Under the pieces are notes generated by a model. That model saw nothing but the letters and a program-made list of their open reading frames with translations, was not told where the DNA came from and ran no database searches. Shown piece after piece: positions 1 through 10,126 of a DNA stretch of 64,000 bases. Where the stretch lies: NCBI GenBank assembly GCA_963837035.1, contig CAWIMH010000024.1, positions 26,385 through 90,384 of the forward strand, written 5' to 3'. Numbering within the stretch: the first letter of the stretch is position 1; the number at the start of each line of letters is the position of its first letter. The translations under genes were made by a program, and so were the position numbers. Origin of the DNA: an uncultured Pseudomonadota bacterium. GTDB lineage: Bacteria; Desulfobacterota; Binatia; Binatales; Binataceae.

Positions 1-5
1 TTGCT

Positions 6-758
6 GTGGCGCTGTTGTCCTTTGTACTCGTCGCGAGCGCGGCTGCTCAGCAGAAGCACGACGCCGTCTCCGGGACGCTGGCCGATCTTGCAGCCGCGCG
101 ACAGGAGCTCGCTGCAAAACATTACGTCCGCGCGAAGGAGCTCTATCGCGCCTATCTTCACACGCACCCCGAGAGTGTTGATGCCCAGTTCGGCCTCGCG
201 GACGCCGAGCTTGGGCTGCGTGAGTTCGAGGCGGCTGAGTGGGATTTTCGACGGGTTGTCGCTGCTCAGCCGCAGAACTGGGTCGCGCACAAAAACCTTG
301 TGATCATCGAGGCGGAGTTGGGTCGCTGGGATGAGTTCGAGCGCGAACGGGCGGTTCTACGCGCGGCGCGTGAGCGCGGGGCCCCGGGCATCAGCGCGCG
401 GGAGAGTGATGTCATTGACTCGTTCGAAGTGAATGGCCATCGCTGGATTGTGCGTGAGTACTTCGAGCCCGTCGGCCGCTCACAGACACGCTACAACTTC
501 GAGCGCTTTTCGCCCGAAGGCCACGCTGAGGAATACATTTCGTTGGAGCCGACCGCTGCCGCTGAAGCGGCGCTGAAGCGAGGCGATGTGCACATCGGTG
601 CGGAACCTGAAGCGACGCCGCACTCAGCAGCAGGAGAGTTTTCGCTCAACTGGTACAGCGGGAAGGGCCATGGAACCATCGCGCGGTATCCGAAGGGCGA
701 ACCGAGCTACGAACGACTGCGCGCGGATCTAATGCGTTGGCTTCGCCGGAAGCCGTGA
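6..758 (+). CDS. TPR-like secreted protein (N-terminus may lie outside the window)
   Basis: 250-aa ORF with hydrophobic leader LLSFVLVASAAAQ and a helical-repeat-like region (AKELYRAYLHTHPESVDAQFGLADAELGL). No specific family recognised. Confidence 0.45.
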   Translation: MALLSFVLVASAAAQQKHDAVSGTLADLAAARQELAAKHYVRAKELYRAYLHTHPESVDAQFGLADAELGLREFEAAEWDFRRVVAAQPQNWVAHKNLVIIEAELGRWDEFERERAVLRAARERGAPGISARESDVIDSFEVNGHRWIVREYFEPVGRSQTRYNFERFSPEGHAEEYISLEPTAAAEAALKRGDVHIGAEPEATPHSAAGEFSLNWYSGKGHGTIARYPKGEPSYERLRADLMRWLRRKP

Positions 759-762
759 CCAG

Positions 763-1137
763 ATGATGGCCGTGCTGGCAGACGCGGTGATTCTGCTTCA
801 CTTGTTATGGATTGTGCTGGTGCTGGTGGGAGCAGCGTGGACGCGAGGACGGCCGGTGTGGACATCCGTGCATCTCGCATGCCTGGTGTGGGGAATTGCC
901 GTGGAGGTGGGACCCTGGCCATGCCCGCTGACGGTGCTGGAGGACTACCTCGTGGCGCGCGGTGGTGAGCACGCAGTCGAGGGGAATTTCATTTTGCATG
1001 GAGTGCGCGCGTTGATCTACCCGAATGCGCCATATTGGCTCGTGACGACAGCGGGTGTGACGGCGTGTTCGATAATCCTGATTGTTTACGCGTGGCGCGG
1101 TTGGGTTTGGTGGAGCAGGAGCGGTAGCGGCGAGTGA
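763..1137 (+). CDS. DUF2784-family small membrane protein
   Basis: 124 aa with several hydrophobic helices and the PWPCPLTVLEDYL motif I associate with DUF2784. Confidence 0.55.
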   Translation: MMAVLADAVILLHLLWIVLVLVGAAWTRGRPVWTSVHLACLVWGIAVEVGPWPCPLTVLEDYLVARGGEHAVEGNFILHGVRALIYPNAPYWLVTTAGVTACSIILIVYAWRGWVWWSRSGSGE

Positions 1138-1153
1138 GGCTCCTCCGCAACCG

Positions 1154-3854
1154 CTACCGCATCGCTGTATCAACTTCGCTGAAGTAGCTTGGAGGCTTCA
1201 GCAGCTCGCGGGGCTTGGATCCGTCGGCAGGACCGACGAGGCCGTCGCGCTCCATCAGGTCGATGAGGTGTGCGGCACGGCCGTAGCCGATGCGCAGGCG
1301 CCGCTGCAGCAGCGAGGTCGACGCCTTGCCGAACTCGAAGACGAGTCGAACGGCGTCGTCGAAGATCGGGTCGTTCTCTTCGCCATCGCTTCGCGCCTGC
1401 CCGGCTGTGCCGGCTTCGTCCTTGGGCGCCTTCGAGGAAGCCCTCGACGTACTCGGCCTGGCCCTGGGCCTTCCAGAACTCGGTGACGGCGTTGATTTCC
1501 TTTTCGGTGACAAACGGTGCGTGCACGCGCTGCAGGCGGCAGGTGCCCGGCGGCAGGAAGAGCATGTCGCCGCGGCCGAGCAGGCTTTCGGCGCCGTTGG
1601 AGTCGATGATGGTGCGCGAGTCGACCTTGGTGGCGAGGCGGAAGCTGATGCGGGTGGGCACGTTGGCCTTGATGCAGGCCGGTGATGACGTCGACCGACG
1701 GACGCTGCGTCGCGAGCACGAGATGGATGCCGACGGCGCGTGCCATCTGCGCGAGGCGGGTGATGGACTCCTCGACGTTGGCGCGGTCGAGCATCATCAG
1801 GTCGGCGAGCTCGTCGATGATGATGATGATGTACGGGCAGCGGCTCCTGGCTTTACGTCTTCGAAGAGGTACTCGGCTGCCGTTTCGAAAAGCTTGTTGA
1901 ACTGGTCGATGTTGCGCACGTGATTGGCGGCGAGCAGCTTCAGCCGGCGCTCCATCTCTCTGACGGCGTTGCGCAGGGCGTTCGCCGCAAGCTTGGCTTC
2001 GGTGATGATCGGCGTGAAGAGATGGGGAATGCCTTCGTACATGCCGAGTTCGACGCGCTTCGGATCGACCAGGATCATGCGCACCTGTTCGGGCGTGGAC
2101 TTGAACAGCACGCACATAATCATTGCGTTGATAGCGACGGATTTGCCGGAGCCGGTCGAACCCGCGATGAGCACGTGTGGCATCGCGGCGAGGTCTGCCG
2201 TAACGATGCGGCCGTTGATGTCTTTACCCAGCGCGATGGCGAGCTTGGACTTGGACTGCGCGAAGGATCTCGCACTCGACACATCGCGCAGCCAGATGGT
2301 TTCGCGCTCGTGAGTTGGGTACCTGGATGCCGACGGTGGATTTGCCGGGCATGCGCTCGATGAGGATGGATTCGGCGGCCATGGCGAGGCAAAGGTCGTC
2401 GGCGAGCCCGTGACGCGCGAGTACTTCACGCCCGCATCGGGGCGGAACTCGAAGGTCGTAACGACGGGGCCGGGGTTGATCTGCGCGACGTTGCCGTTGA
2501 CGCCGAACTCCTCGCACTTCTCGACGAGGGGCCGCGCCTCTTCGCGCAGTGCGTGCTCGCGCACCGTGGTCTGCACGGTGTCGCGGAAGAGCAGGGAACT
2601 GGAGGGCAGCTTGTAGCCGCGCACCGACTTCGGCGGCAAAGCGATCGCCTGAATATTCGCATCCGCGCGCTTGCCGAAGGCGATGTTCTGCGCGGCGATG
2701 TCGGCAACAGGCGACGGCATCGGCGGCGGCTCCGGCGCGGCAACCGGGCGCTGACGGCCTGCAGGCACACGCGCCGGCGCGGGTTCAGGCATGTGCGCAT
2801 CCGCGAATGTGTTCTTAGGAAACAGCGGTGCGGGCGCCTTGCGATCCGGGGCATCCAGCCAGCCATCGTCGTTGGTCGTTGTGGGCGAATTATGGCGCAC
2901 CTCAACGAACGGATCTGCATCGACGCGCAACGGCGCGGCAGCAGCGGCAAGCTGCGCCGCATAAGGAGCAGCGGCCGCGGTGGCGGTCGCCAGGCTGCTC
3001 GCCTGCGGCGCGTCGACCAGCGTTCGCGGGATGCTCTGCCACACCGAAGCAGTCTCCGGAGCTGCGGCCTCCGCTGCTTCTACTTCAGGTGCAGGCAGGT
3101 TCGCGCGCCGGCGCCGCCCGAACCACCCGAAGAGTCCCGCCAGCAGCGAGTCTCCGCGTTCCTTCTGTGGCTTCGGTGCGGCGGCCCCCTGGGCTGCGCG
3201 TTCGCGCGCGGCAATGCGCTCACGGCGGCTGAGATAGCCCGTGTCCTCATCGTCTGCCTTGACGCTGACCGTGCGATTGATGGTGCGCGCTGCACGGCGC
3301 TCCTTCCATGCGAGATAGCGATCGCGCATGCGACGGAAGAAGCCGAAGTGCTCGGCGAACCACTCCGGTGCGGTCGCCAGGAGGAAGCTCGTCGTCAGGT
3401 AGAGCGAAAGCGCGACCATCAGCGCGCAGATCATTGCCGCGCCGGGAAAGTTGACGAGCTCAATCATCAGGTCGGCGAGCACGCGGCCCTCGACGCCGGA
3501 GATCGGAATCGCTCCGCGCCACAGCATCTGGCCCGGCAGCAGTGCAATGGCCGCAGGAGCAAACACCAGCCACATCAGCAGCCCGCTGGCTTTTACGGCG
3601 GTAGAGCCCACGGGCCGCGAGCGCAGCCACGCGATGCCGATGCGTCCCATCACGACCGGTGCCAGCAGCACCGCGACGCCGAGAATCTGCAGCAGGATGT
3701 CGGAGAGGTACGCTCCGATAAGCCCGGCCCAGTTGTGTGCCGGGCGGACTCCAGCGCCCCCGCCAACCGTGTTCAGAGAGGGGTCAGCGGAGTTGTAGGT
3801 GACGAGGGAGAGGAGGAGGAGGATGGCGGCGACGAGGACGATCAGCCCCAACAT
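1154..3854 (-). pseudogene. ftsK: DNA translocase FtsK/SpoIIIE, reading frame broken at least 3 times
   Basis: N-terminal TM helices (MLGLIVLVAAILLLLSLVTYNS) and Walker [16 protein letters not shown] lie in ORF 1797-4175. [13 protein letters not shown]...[13 protein letters not shown] is in the frame of 1255-2115 and [32 protein letters not shown] in 1170-1661. The winged-helix tail [27 protein letters not shown] is in 1154-1513. Frame changes fall near 1850, 1680 and 1430. Start is uncertain (ATG at 3854 chosen). Confidence 0.85.
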
Positions 3855-4301
3855 CTCATTGAGGCGGCGGCTTCGTGTCGGGCAAGTACGAGTCTCTGGG
3901 ACTTCATGGATGGACGGGCGCACGCGGTCCGCCGCCGCTGCGCACGTTGCATCTTGCGCAGCGCAGGCCTGCGGGCCGGAGAACCACCAGAGCTCTCTTA
4001 TTGTTCCACGGCGAGCAGTGGGATTACGCACGGCGGTGGGCGGGAACCAGACTGGTGACCGCCACCTTTGACCTCTTGCGCCACCGGCCTGAAATCGGCT
4101 AGCCAACGCCAGGCGCAGAGTTTTGCATCCAGCTATAGGGGGAGGTGCCTTGTACCCGGTCCTGGTCCGGGACATGGTCGCTCACCCTTGGGATGACCGG
4201 GGCGGGAGATTTTCGCGATTTCTCTCCCTTGCTGTCGGCAAAGGAGAATCGCGTCCAGCCGCAGACCCGGTCTCATTATTCGAGGAATGGGGTAGAGAAT
4301 T

Positions 4302-4775
4302 ATGGCAAATTCACTCGACGGGTCGGAGAAGAACCGCCAAATGGAGCGGGTCCTGCTCGACGTAATCAAGGTCCTGCAGGACGGGCAAAAGGGCTTCGCA
4401 GATATAGGGGAGCACCTCAAGGACGAGACGCTGAAGCGCTACTTCCTGGCCGAAAGTCTCAAGCGCGCCAACTTCCGTGCGGAGCTCGAAAACGAGCTTC
4501 ATCGCGCCGGCATGGCGGATGTGAAGGAATCCGGCTCAACCGGTGGCGCGTTACACCGCGCCTGGGGGGACCTGAAGGCCAAGCTCGGTATGGGCTCAGA
4601 CCACGAACTCCTTGCCACGGCCGAACAGGGCGAGGATGTCGCCAGGAAAGCCTATAAGGACGCGCTTGAGCACGACCTCCCATTGCCTATCCGCCAGCTA
4701 CTGACGGAGCAGCAGGCCCACGTCACCAGCTCACACGACTACGTGAAGAGCCACCGCGACGCGAAGGCTGCGTAG
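4302..4775 (+). CDS. PA2169/DUF2383-type ferritin-like four-helix-bundle protein
   Basis: Intact 157-aa ORF. LLDVIKVLQDGQKGFADIGEHLKDETLKRYF...RANFRAELENEL matches the DUF2383 pattern. Confidence 0.7.
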   Translation: MANSLDGSEKNRQMERVLLDVIKVLQDGQKGFADIGEHLKDETLKRYFLAESLKRANFRAELENELHRAGMADVKESGSTGGALHRAWGDLKAKLGMGSDHELLATAEQGEDVARKAYKDALEHDLPLPIRQLLTEQQAHVTSSHDYVKSHRDAKAA

Positions 4776-4802
4776 ATCGCAGCACAGCACAAGGTTGCAA
4801 AG

Positions 4803-4830
4803 GAAAAGCGGCCCATGCGGCCGCTTTCCC
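4803..4830. terminator. GC-rich hairpin between convergent genes (bidirectional terminator candidate)
   Basis: GAAAAGCGGCC-CATGC-GGCCGCTTTCC, flanked by A-run and T-run, between the stop of 4302-4775 and the stop of uppP. Confidence 0.5.
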
Positions 4831-4850
4831 TTTGCGTCTGGAATCGATTG

Positions 4851-5798
4851 TCAGTAGCCGATGTGGTGTAGGTAAAACACCACCCCACTCGCGACCACGC
4901 AATAGATTCCGAAGAGGTACCAGCGGCCGTTCTCCAGCCACGAGCTCAGCCAGCGCAGCGCTGCCAACCCGGCCACGAAGCTGAGGAGCATCCCCAGAAC
5001 ACCCGCGGCCATGCTCGAGTGCAGATCAGCCGGATGGCAGCCCGGTGTGGCATCGTGAGCCGCGCGGAAGACCCTCCACGCTTCGCGTCCAACGGCCGGA
5101 GGAGTCAAAATCACGGCGAGCGCGAAGGAGAACCGCTCGGCGCGGCTGCGTTCTGCTCCGGTCAGCAGGCCCGTCGAGATCGTCGCGCCGGAGCGTGAGA
5201 ATCCGCGGAACGGCAGGCAAAGCCCTTGGACCGCACCCATCCATCCAGCCTGCTTGAAGGTGACGTTCTCACCCGAGCGCGAGGCCGCGCGCTCATAGCT
5301 CAGGTTGGCCAGCGGCGACTTGCCGCGCTCTTTCATCCCCGCCCACAGAATCAGCAGGCCCGCCGCAAGCAACGCCGGTGCAATGAGATCCAGCCGCGAA
5401 AACAGCGCCTCGACATCGCCCTTGCCATAGCTGCAAGGGACCGCTGTCGAACTCGCCGCAGCCTCCAGCAGGTGGGCTCGTTGATGATGCTCGATGACGT
5501 GAATGATCGGATAGCCGATCACCGCGGTCAGCGCCGTCGCCCAGATCGCCCGCACCACGAAGCGCTTGAACGCGTCCGCGCTGACGAAGTAGGTCCGTTT
5601 CCACTGCCGCCAGAAGAAGGCGATCACGGCGAACATCGTTCCGGTGTGCAGCATCACCAGCAGCAGGGTCATCTCGGGTGCAGACGGGTCGAGCCCGAGG
5701 AGCTTCTCGGCCACCACCACATGCGCGGAGCTGGAAACAGGAAGGAGTTCGGCGAGTCCTTGAACGATGGCTAAAATCAGCACTTTAAACACAGGCAT
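4851..5798 (-). CDS. uppP: undecaprenyl-diphosphate phosphatase
   Basis: GLAELLPVSSSAHVVV and FSRSGATISTGLL signatures in a polytopic membrane protein. The ORF extends to 5819, but Met at 5798 (MPVFKVLILAIVQG) fits the family N-terminus. Confidence 0.85.
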   Translation of the reverse strand: MPVFKVLILAIVQGLAELLPVSSSAHVVVAEKLLGLDPSAPEMTLLLVMLHTGTMFAVIAFFWRQWKRTYFVSADAFKRFVVRAIWATALTAVIGYPIIHVIEHHQRAHLLEAAASSTAVPCSYGKGDVEALFSRLDLIAPALLAAGLLILWAGMKERGKSPLANLSYERAASRSGENVTFKQAGWMGAVQGLCLPFRGFSRSGATISTGLLTGAERSRAERFSFALAVILTPPAVGREAWRVFRAAHDATPGCHPADLHSSMAAGVLGMLLSFVAGLAALRWLSSWLENGRWYLFGIYCVVASGVVFYLHHIGY

Positions 5799-5860
5799 GC
5801 CAACGATTCTATCGCCCACCGATTCAGCTTCGTGTGAACTTTGGCGCGCGCCGCAGCCCG

Positions 5861-6876
5861 TCAGTTACGGTCGGTACCGTAGATCGGAATCCCCTGCTTC
5901 ACGCGGTACGCAATGCTCTCCGCCCGCGCCGCGTAGTCCGACTTCGGATACTTCTGCCGCAGCTGGTCGGCGATAGCCTGGCAGTTCTGCGAGGCCTTGT
6001 CGGCGTTCTTCTTATCGTCGTCCACCATGTACATCGTCACCAACACGCCCTGCCGGTACGCCGCCTGATACATCGCCTCAGCCGACTTCGGCCCATCCGG
6101 ATAGCGGTCCGCATACTTCAGGTACAACTGCGTCTCCATCTCTGGGCACTTGGGCAAACCCTGCCAGTCGCCGCACAGCTTGTTGTCGATCAGGTCATAG
6201 GCCGCGCGCGCCGCAAACGGCGAGTCCGGATACATCTTCATCACGCGCTTCAGGTCGCCCTCATAGATCTGCGGCCGCAGATACGCCTGCTGCTCGTGCG
6301 CGCTTGGTAGTGTGCTCTCGTCCAGCTTGTTGAGCTGCCAGCGGATGTCTGCCGCGCGAAACGCCGCCTCGGGCGCCAGCGGTGAATCCGGGAAGTAGTC
6401 GACCACGCGCTTGTACAACAGATGCGCCTCCTGCGCGGCATCCTTCGGCGATGCGGCTGCTCGGCCTGTGCCTCAAGTTCTGCTGCCGCGCCATACAGAA
6501 TCGCATCGCCATTCGGCGTCGTCGGCCCCACAACGCCCTGATCATGCATCCAGCCGGAGAACTGATGAGTCGAGACGTTCGGGTCTTTGAACTCCGGCTC
6601 GTTGTCCGGGTCTTCGTTCTCGTGTTCGTCCGTATTCGCAAACACGTTCACCCACGCACCATTGCGGCCCATGATGGCGACCTCATGCCCCGGAGTCACC
6701 GTCGCAATCGGCGGATTGGCGCTGTCGGCCATCACGTAGAGATTCGCGACGTGCAGCACCGTAGCCCGGGCGGTCGGGTCACCGTTCCCCTGGTCGTTCT
6801 TGTTCTTCTTCTGCGCGAAGAGCAGGATCGGAACCAGCAGCAGCACGGCAGCGGCAGTAAGGCTAGTGCGAGACAT
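5861..6876 (-). CDS. BamD/YbgF-like TPR lipoprotein with N-terminal SH3-like domain; one frameshift near 6420-6450
   Basis: Signal peptide AAAVLLLVPILLFAQ and SH3-like VTPGHEVAIMGRNGAWVNV lie in ORF 6250-6876. The C-terminal YPDSP.../YPKSDYAARAE repeats lie in ORF 5861-6418. Confidence 0.55.
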
Positions 6877-6897
6877 ATCTGGAAGATTAGACGTTAT

Positions 6898-7939
6898 TCA
6901 CGCCTGGGCGTGGACGACGGCCGTCTCCTCAACCAGCTCAGCCTGCAGATCCGGGTCCAGGTTCCCGCCCGAGACAATGGCCACCACTCGCTGTGCCGCT
7001 GGCAGTTCATGCGCGTGAAACAGCGCCGCCGCCAGTGCCACCGCGCCCGAGGGCTCCGCCACAATCGCCGTCGCCTTCAGCACAATCTGCAGTGCCTCCC
7101 GAATCTCGTCTTCTGTCACGGTCACAATGCCGTCGACAAACCGCAGAATATGCGCAAAGTTCCGCTCGCCCAGCGACTGCGTCCGCAACCCGTCGGCGAT
7201 GGTCCGCGTCGTCTTCGCCGCCGGCCATTCAACCAGCGTCTTCGATCCGGAACGACTCTGCAGCATCCGCAGAAAGCTCTGGCTCGCACCCCCAGACCTG
7301 CGGCGCCTCTTGCCCTGCAGCTTCCGCCGTCAGCTTGATGCCCGTTGCCACACCTGACAACAACCCGCCGCCCGAGACCGGCGAAAGCACCAGCTCCACA
7401 TTCGGCAACTGCTCCAGAATCTCGACCCCACACGTCGCCTGTCCGGCGATGATCGCCTCATCGTCATACGGCGGCACCATCACGTAGCCGTGCTCAGCAA
7501 CCAACTCCTCCGCCTTCAGCTTGCGCTCCGTGCTCGCCGGCCCGACGGTCACAATCTCCGCACCGAGCGCCGCCGTCGCCTCGCGCTTCACTCGCGGAGC
7601 GTTCTCCGGCATCACGATGACGGCCTTCGCCCCCAGCGCACGCGCCGCATACGCCACGCCCTGCGCATGATTGCCGGACGAATACGTGATCACGCCACGC
7701 TTCAGCTCCTCCGGCGTCAGCGAGGCGACCTTGTTGTACGCCCCGCGCAGCTTAAAGCTGCCAATCGGCTGCGCTGACTCGTCCTTCAGATAAATCTCCG
7801 GTATCGAATCCGAGAGCTCCGGCCACCCTGCCATGCGCAGCCGCGCACGCGACAGCCTCAGCAGTGGAGTTCGAACAGCGGTGGAAGCGATGCGCTCGCG
7901 CGCGGCCTGAATATCAGCGAGGGAGATCAGCTCAGACAT
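6898..7939 (-). CDS. threonine ammonia-lyase (PLP-dependent, short form); frameshift near 7230-7266
   Basis: PLP-lysine motif ESAQPIGSFKLRGA, SSGNHAQGVAYAA and glycine loop SPVSGGGLLSG. The C-terminal part continues in ORF 6898-7266. Confidence 0.8.
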
Positions 7940-7945
7940 CTCTAT

Positions 7946-9163
7946 CTAATTTACCTCTGCGGCGTGCAGCACCTCGGCGAAGAAGTGCACCAGTCGCAGC
8001 TGATCGACTGCCGTCGGCCCCGCGTCATCGAGGTCCAGGTGCGACAGCACAGGCGAGATCAGCACGGCTTTGAGCGACTTCGCCGGAAGCTCGGCCGCCA
8101 GCCACTCCGTCTCGGCTGAAGGAATGACGTTATCACCCGCTCCGTGCAGCAGATACACAGGCGTCTTCAGCGTTGTCAGCCGGCCGTGCGGACTCACTGC
8201 TGCCATGTCTTGCGCGTGTCTGGCGTCGACCTGTTGCAGCGACGCACGGGTGGCCGGCAACGTCGTATCCATCAGCGCCTTTGCCTCCCCCGCCTGCGTA
8301 GTGTTCAAGACGGCCATCGCCCCATGTTCGTCCGCTACGTCCTCATACAGGTGCGCCCGTAGCACGGCGCGAATCGGCGCAACATCGTTGGGCGGCACAA
8401 ATTCGGCCAGGTGCTCATACTCCAAGACGAGCGCGCCATACTCGTGCGGGGCCAGCCGGTCGGTTGTTCCATCCGGGCGCGGTTCCTCGCCGGTGCGGTA
8501 GAAGTCTGCCACACGGCTCATCTCATCGTGCGCTCCCACGGCAGCTACAAACCGCACCGACGGGCCATATCTTGGGTCCGCTGCCGCCACCAGCGCCAGA
8601 CCCCCCGAAAAGCTCAGTCCAATCATGCCAACACGCTGGCCACCGTACTCGTGACTCAGCCACTCAACGGACTCTCGGATCGCCAGAATCGACGGTACCC
8701 CTACCTGGTAGTCCTTGATGTCCGGCAGCTCCGGAGTCAGCACCGCGATCCCGCACGCCGCCATCGCATTCGCAAACCTCTCCAGCCTGGGCTCGTCGAT
8801 GCCCTGATAATGCATCCCGTGCAACAAAACGATCGCCGGGGCATGCTCTGGCCGCAGCGGCGTGTACAGCCGCGCGCGCACCGGTCCGCTCGGCAGAGTC
8901 AGCTGCATCTCCTGCACATGAATCGGCTCATCGACGAACCGCCCTAGCCCCCACGGCACCGGCTTATTCGCCACCAGAACCAGAACGGCTGCCGACTGTA
9001 GATGCACTCGAACCCACGGCCATCCCGCAAGCGCCACCCACACCATCGCGGCTGACAGCGTCAGCAGTGCGAGCCGGATGCGCCAGCGACTCGCAGACGG
9101 ATGAACGCCTGCCGCGACCTCCGAACCCCGCTCCGCGGCAGAGCTACAACAAGCGTCATCCAT
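7946..9163 (-). CDS. alpha/beta-fold hydrolase with N-terminal membrane anchor
   Basis: Intact 405-aa ORF, nucleophile elbow GLSFSGG, hydrophobic N-terminal segment. Confidence 0.6.
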   Translation of the reverse strand: MDDACCSSAAERGSEVAAGVHPSASRWRIRLALLTLSAAMVWVALAGWPWVRVHLQSAAVLVLVANKPVPWGLGRFVDEPIHVQEMQLTLPSGPVRARLYTPLRPEHAPAIVLLHGMHYQGIDEPRLERFANAMAACGIAVLTPELPDIKDYQVGVPSILAIRESVEWLSHEYGGQRVGMIGLSFSGGLALVAAADPRYGPSVRFVAAVGAHDEMSRVADFYRTGEEPRPDGTTDRLAPHEYGALVLEYEHLAEFVPPNDVAPIRAVLRAHLYEDVADEHGAMAVLNTTQAGEAKALMDTTLPATRASLQQVDARHAQDMAAVSPHGRLTTLKTPVYLLHGAGDNVIPSAETEWLAAELPAKSLKAVLISPVLSHLDLDDAGPTAVDQLRLVHFFAEVLHAAEVN

Positions 9164-9165
9164 AC

Positions 9166-9555
9166 TTAGTGCCGCACCACTATATAAATCACCAGCGCCA
9201 CCAGAATCACATTCAGGGGCAGCAGGATCGCCAGCAGTGCACTGCTCATTCCCACCCGCTGTTCAAGCGCTGCGACCCGCTCCTCCGTCGCCTCAGCCGC
9301 GGCGCGTACTGCGGTCATCTGCTCGCTGAGTTGGGCAAAGCGCTCGCCCTGCTCGTTCAGCTGACGATAGATACCCTCATGCGACGCGGTCACGCGGTTG
9401 ATGTCAGCGCGCATATCATCGCCCATCTTCGCGAGCACTGCTCGTGTCGCGTCGTCGCTCGCAACCTTCGACTGCAGGTATCGGTCCGCGGTCGGCAGCA
9501 TCCGCGCAATATGAGGTGCCAGTTCAATCAGCTGTGCAAGAGCCTTCGGCCACAT
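9166..9555 (-). CDS. hypothetical tail-anchored coiled-coil protein
   Basis: 129-aa ORF, helical and charged, with C-terminal TM segment ALLAILLPLNVILVALVIYIVV. No family recognised. Confidence 0.4.
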   Translation of the reverse strand: MWPKALAQLIELAPHIARMLPTADRYLQSKVASDDATRAVLAKMGDDMRADINRVTASHEGIYRQLNEQGERFAQLSEQMTAVRAAAEATEERVAALEQRVGMSSALLAILLPLNVILVALVIYIVVRH

Positions 9556-9573
9556 GCACGGAATTGTAGTGGG

Positions 9574-10047
9574 TCAGAGCGTTGCCACGGGAGAATGTTG
9601 CAATCGCCTGCGCCGATGCTTCAAAATCGCCGCCACGATGCTGCATAGCAGAATCGCCGTGATGAACACCTGCGACCAAACGCAGTAGATACACCACTTC
9701 TGGATGACAAACGCCTCCAGGTAGCTCAGCATCGCCGCGCAGAAGAAGCCAATCTCCGCCAGTTGCAGCGTCACCCACGTCCAATCTGCCAGCGCCGCCA
9801 CAACGATCAGACCGTAACCAGCGATGCCCAGCGTCGCCACCGGAATGTGAACCTTCTTCGACCCCGGCTGCTCATCAAATGACTCCGCCGGAAAGACCGC
9901 AAACCGCGAGTGGTTCACCGTGCCGCAGTCCCACTTCTCCGTCACCGCGCACGGCGGCGCCGCGTTGGGGTCCTGCATGTGAATGCGAAGGGCGAGCACC
10001 GAGTCTACGAGACCCGCGAGGGCAAGCAAAACAATCAGGTAGCGCAT
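9574..10047 (-). CDS. vitamin K epoxide reductase (VKOR) family protein
   Basis: Four TM helices, loop cysteines PPCAVTEKWDCG and CxxC KWCIYCVW. Start set at MRYLIVLLALAG rather than the upstream ORF limit of 10308. Confidence 0.75.
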   Translation of the reverse strand: MRYLIVLLALAGLVDSVLALRIHMQDPNAAPPCAVTEKWDCGTVNHSRFAVFPAESFDEQPGSKKVHIPVATLGIAGYGLIVVAALADWTWVTLQLAEIGFFCAAMLSYLEAFVIQKWCIYCVWSQVFITAILLCSIVAAILKHRRRRLQHSPVATL

Positions 10048-10126
10048 CTCCTTTGTATTGTAGGCTGACCGTTTCCGCCCCACATCGGCGAAAATAGGCG
10101 AAGCAGGGAAGAGCAGCGAGGACCAC

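Noticed and set aside
2553-4058. Long antisense ORFs opposite real genes, for example 2553-4058 opposite ftsK, 11395-12417 inside the M3 peptidase, 13419-14258 opposite aroDE, 30802-31644 opposite cobA/hemD, 55728-56459 opposite the M20 gene and 57797-58606 opposite the DLH gene.
   Set aside because: These are typical high-GC shadow ORFs. They are Arg/Pro/Ala-rich with no recognisable motifs, and in every case the opposite strand or another frame carries a clear family signature.
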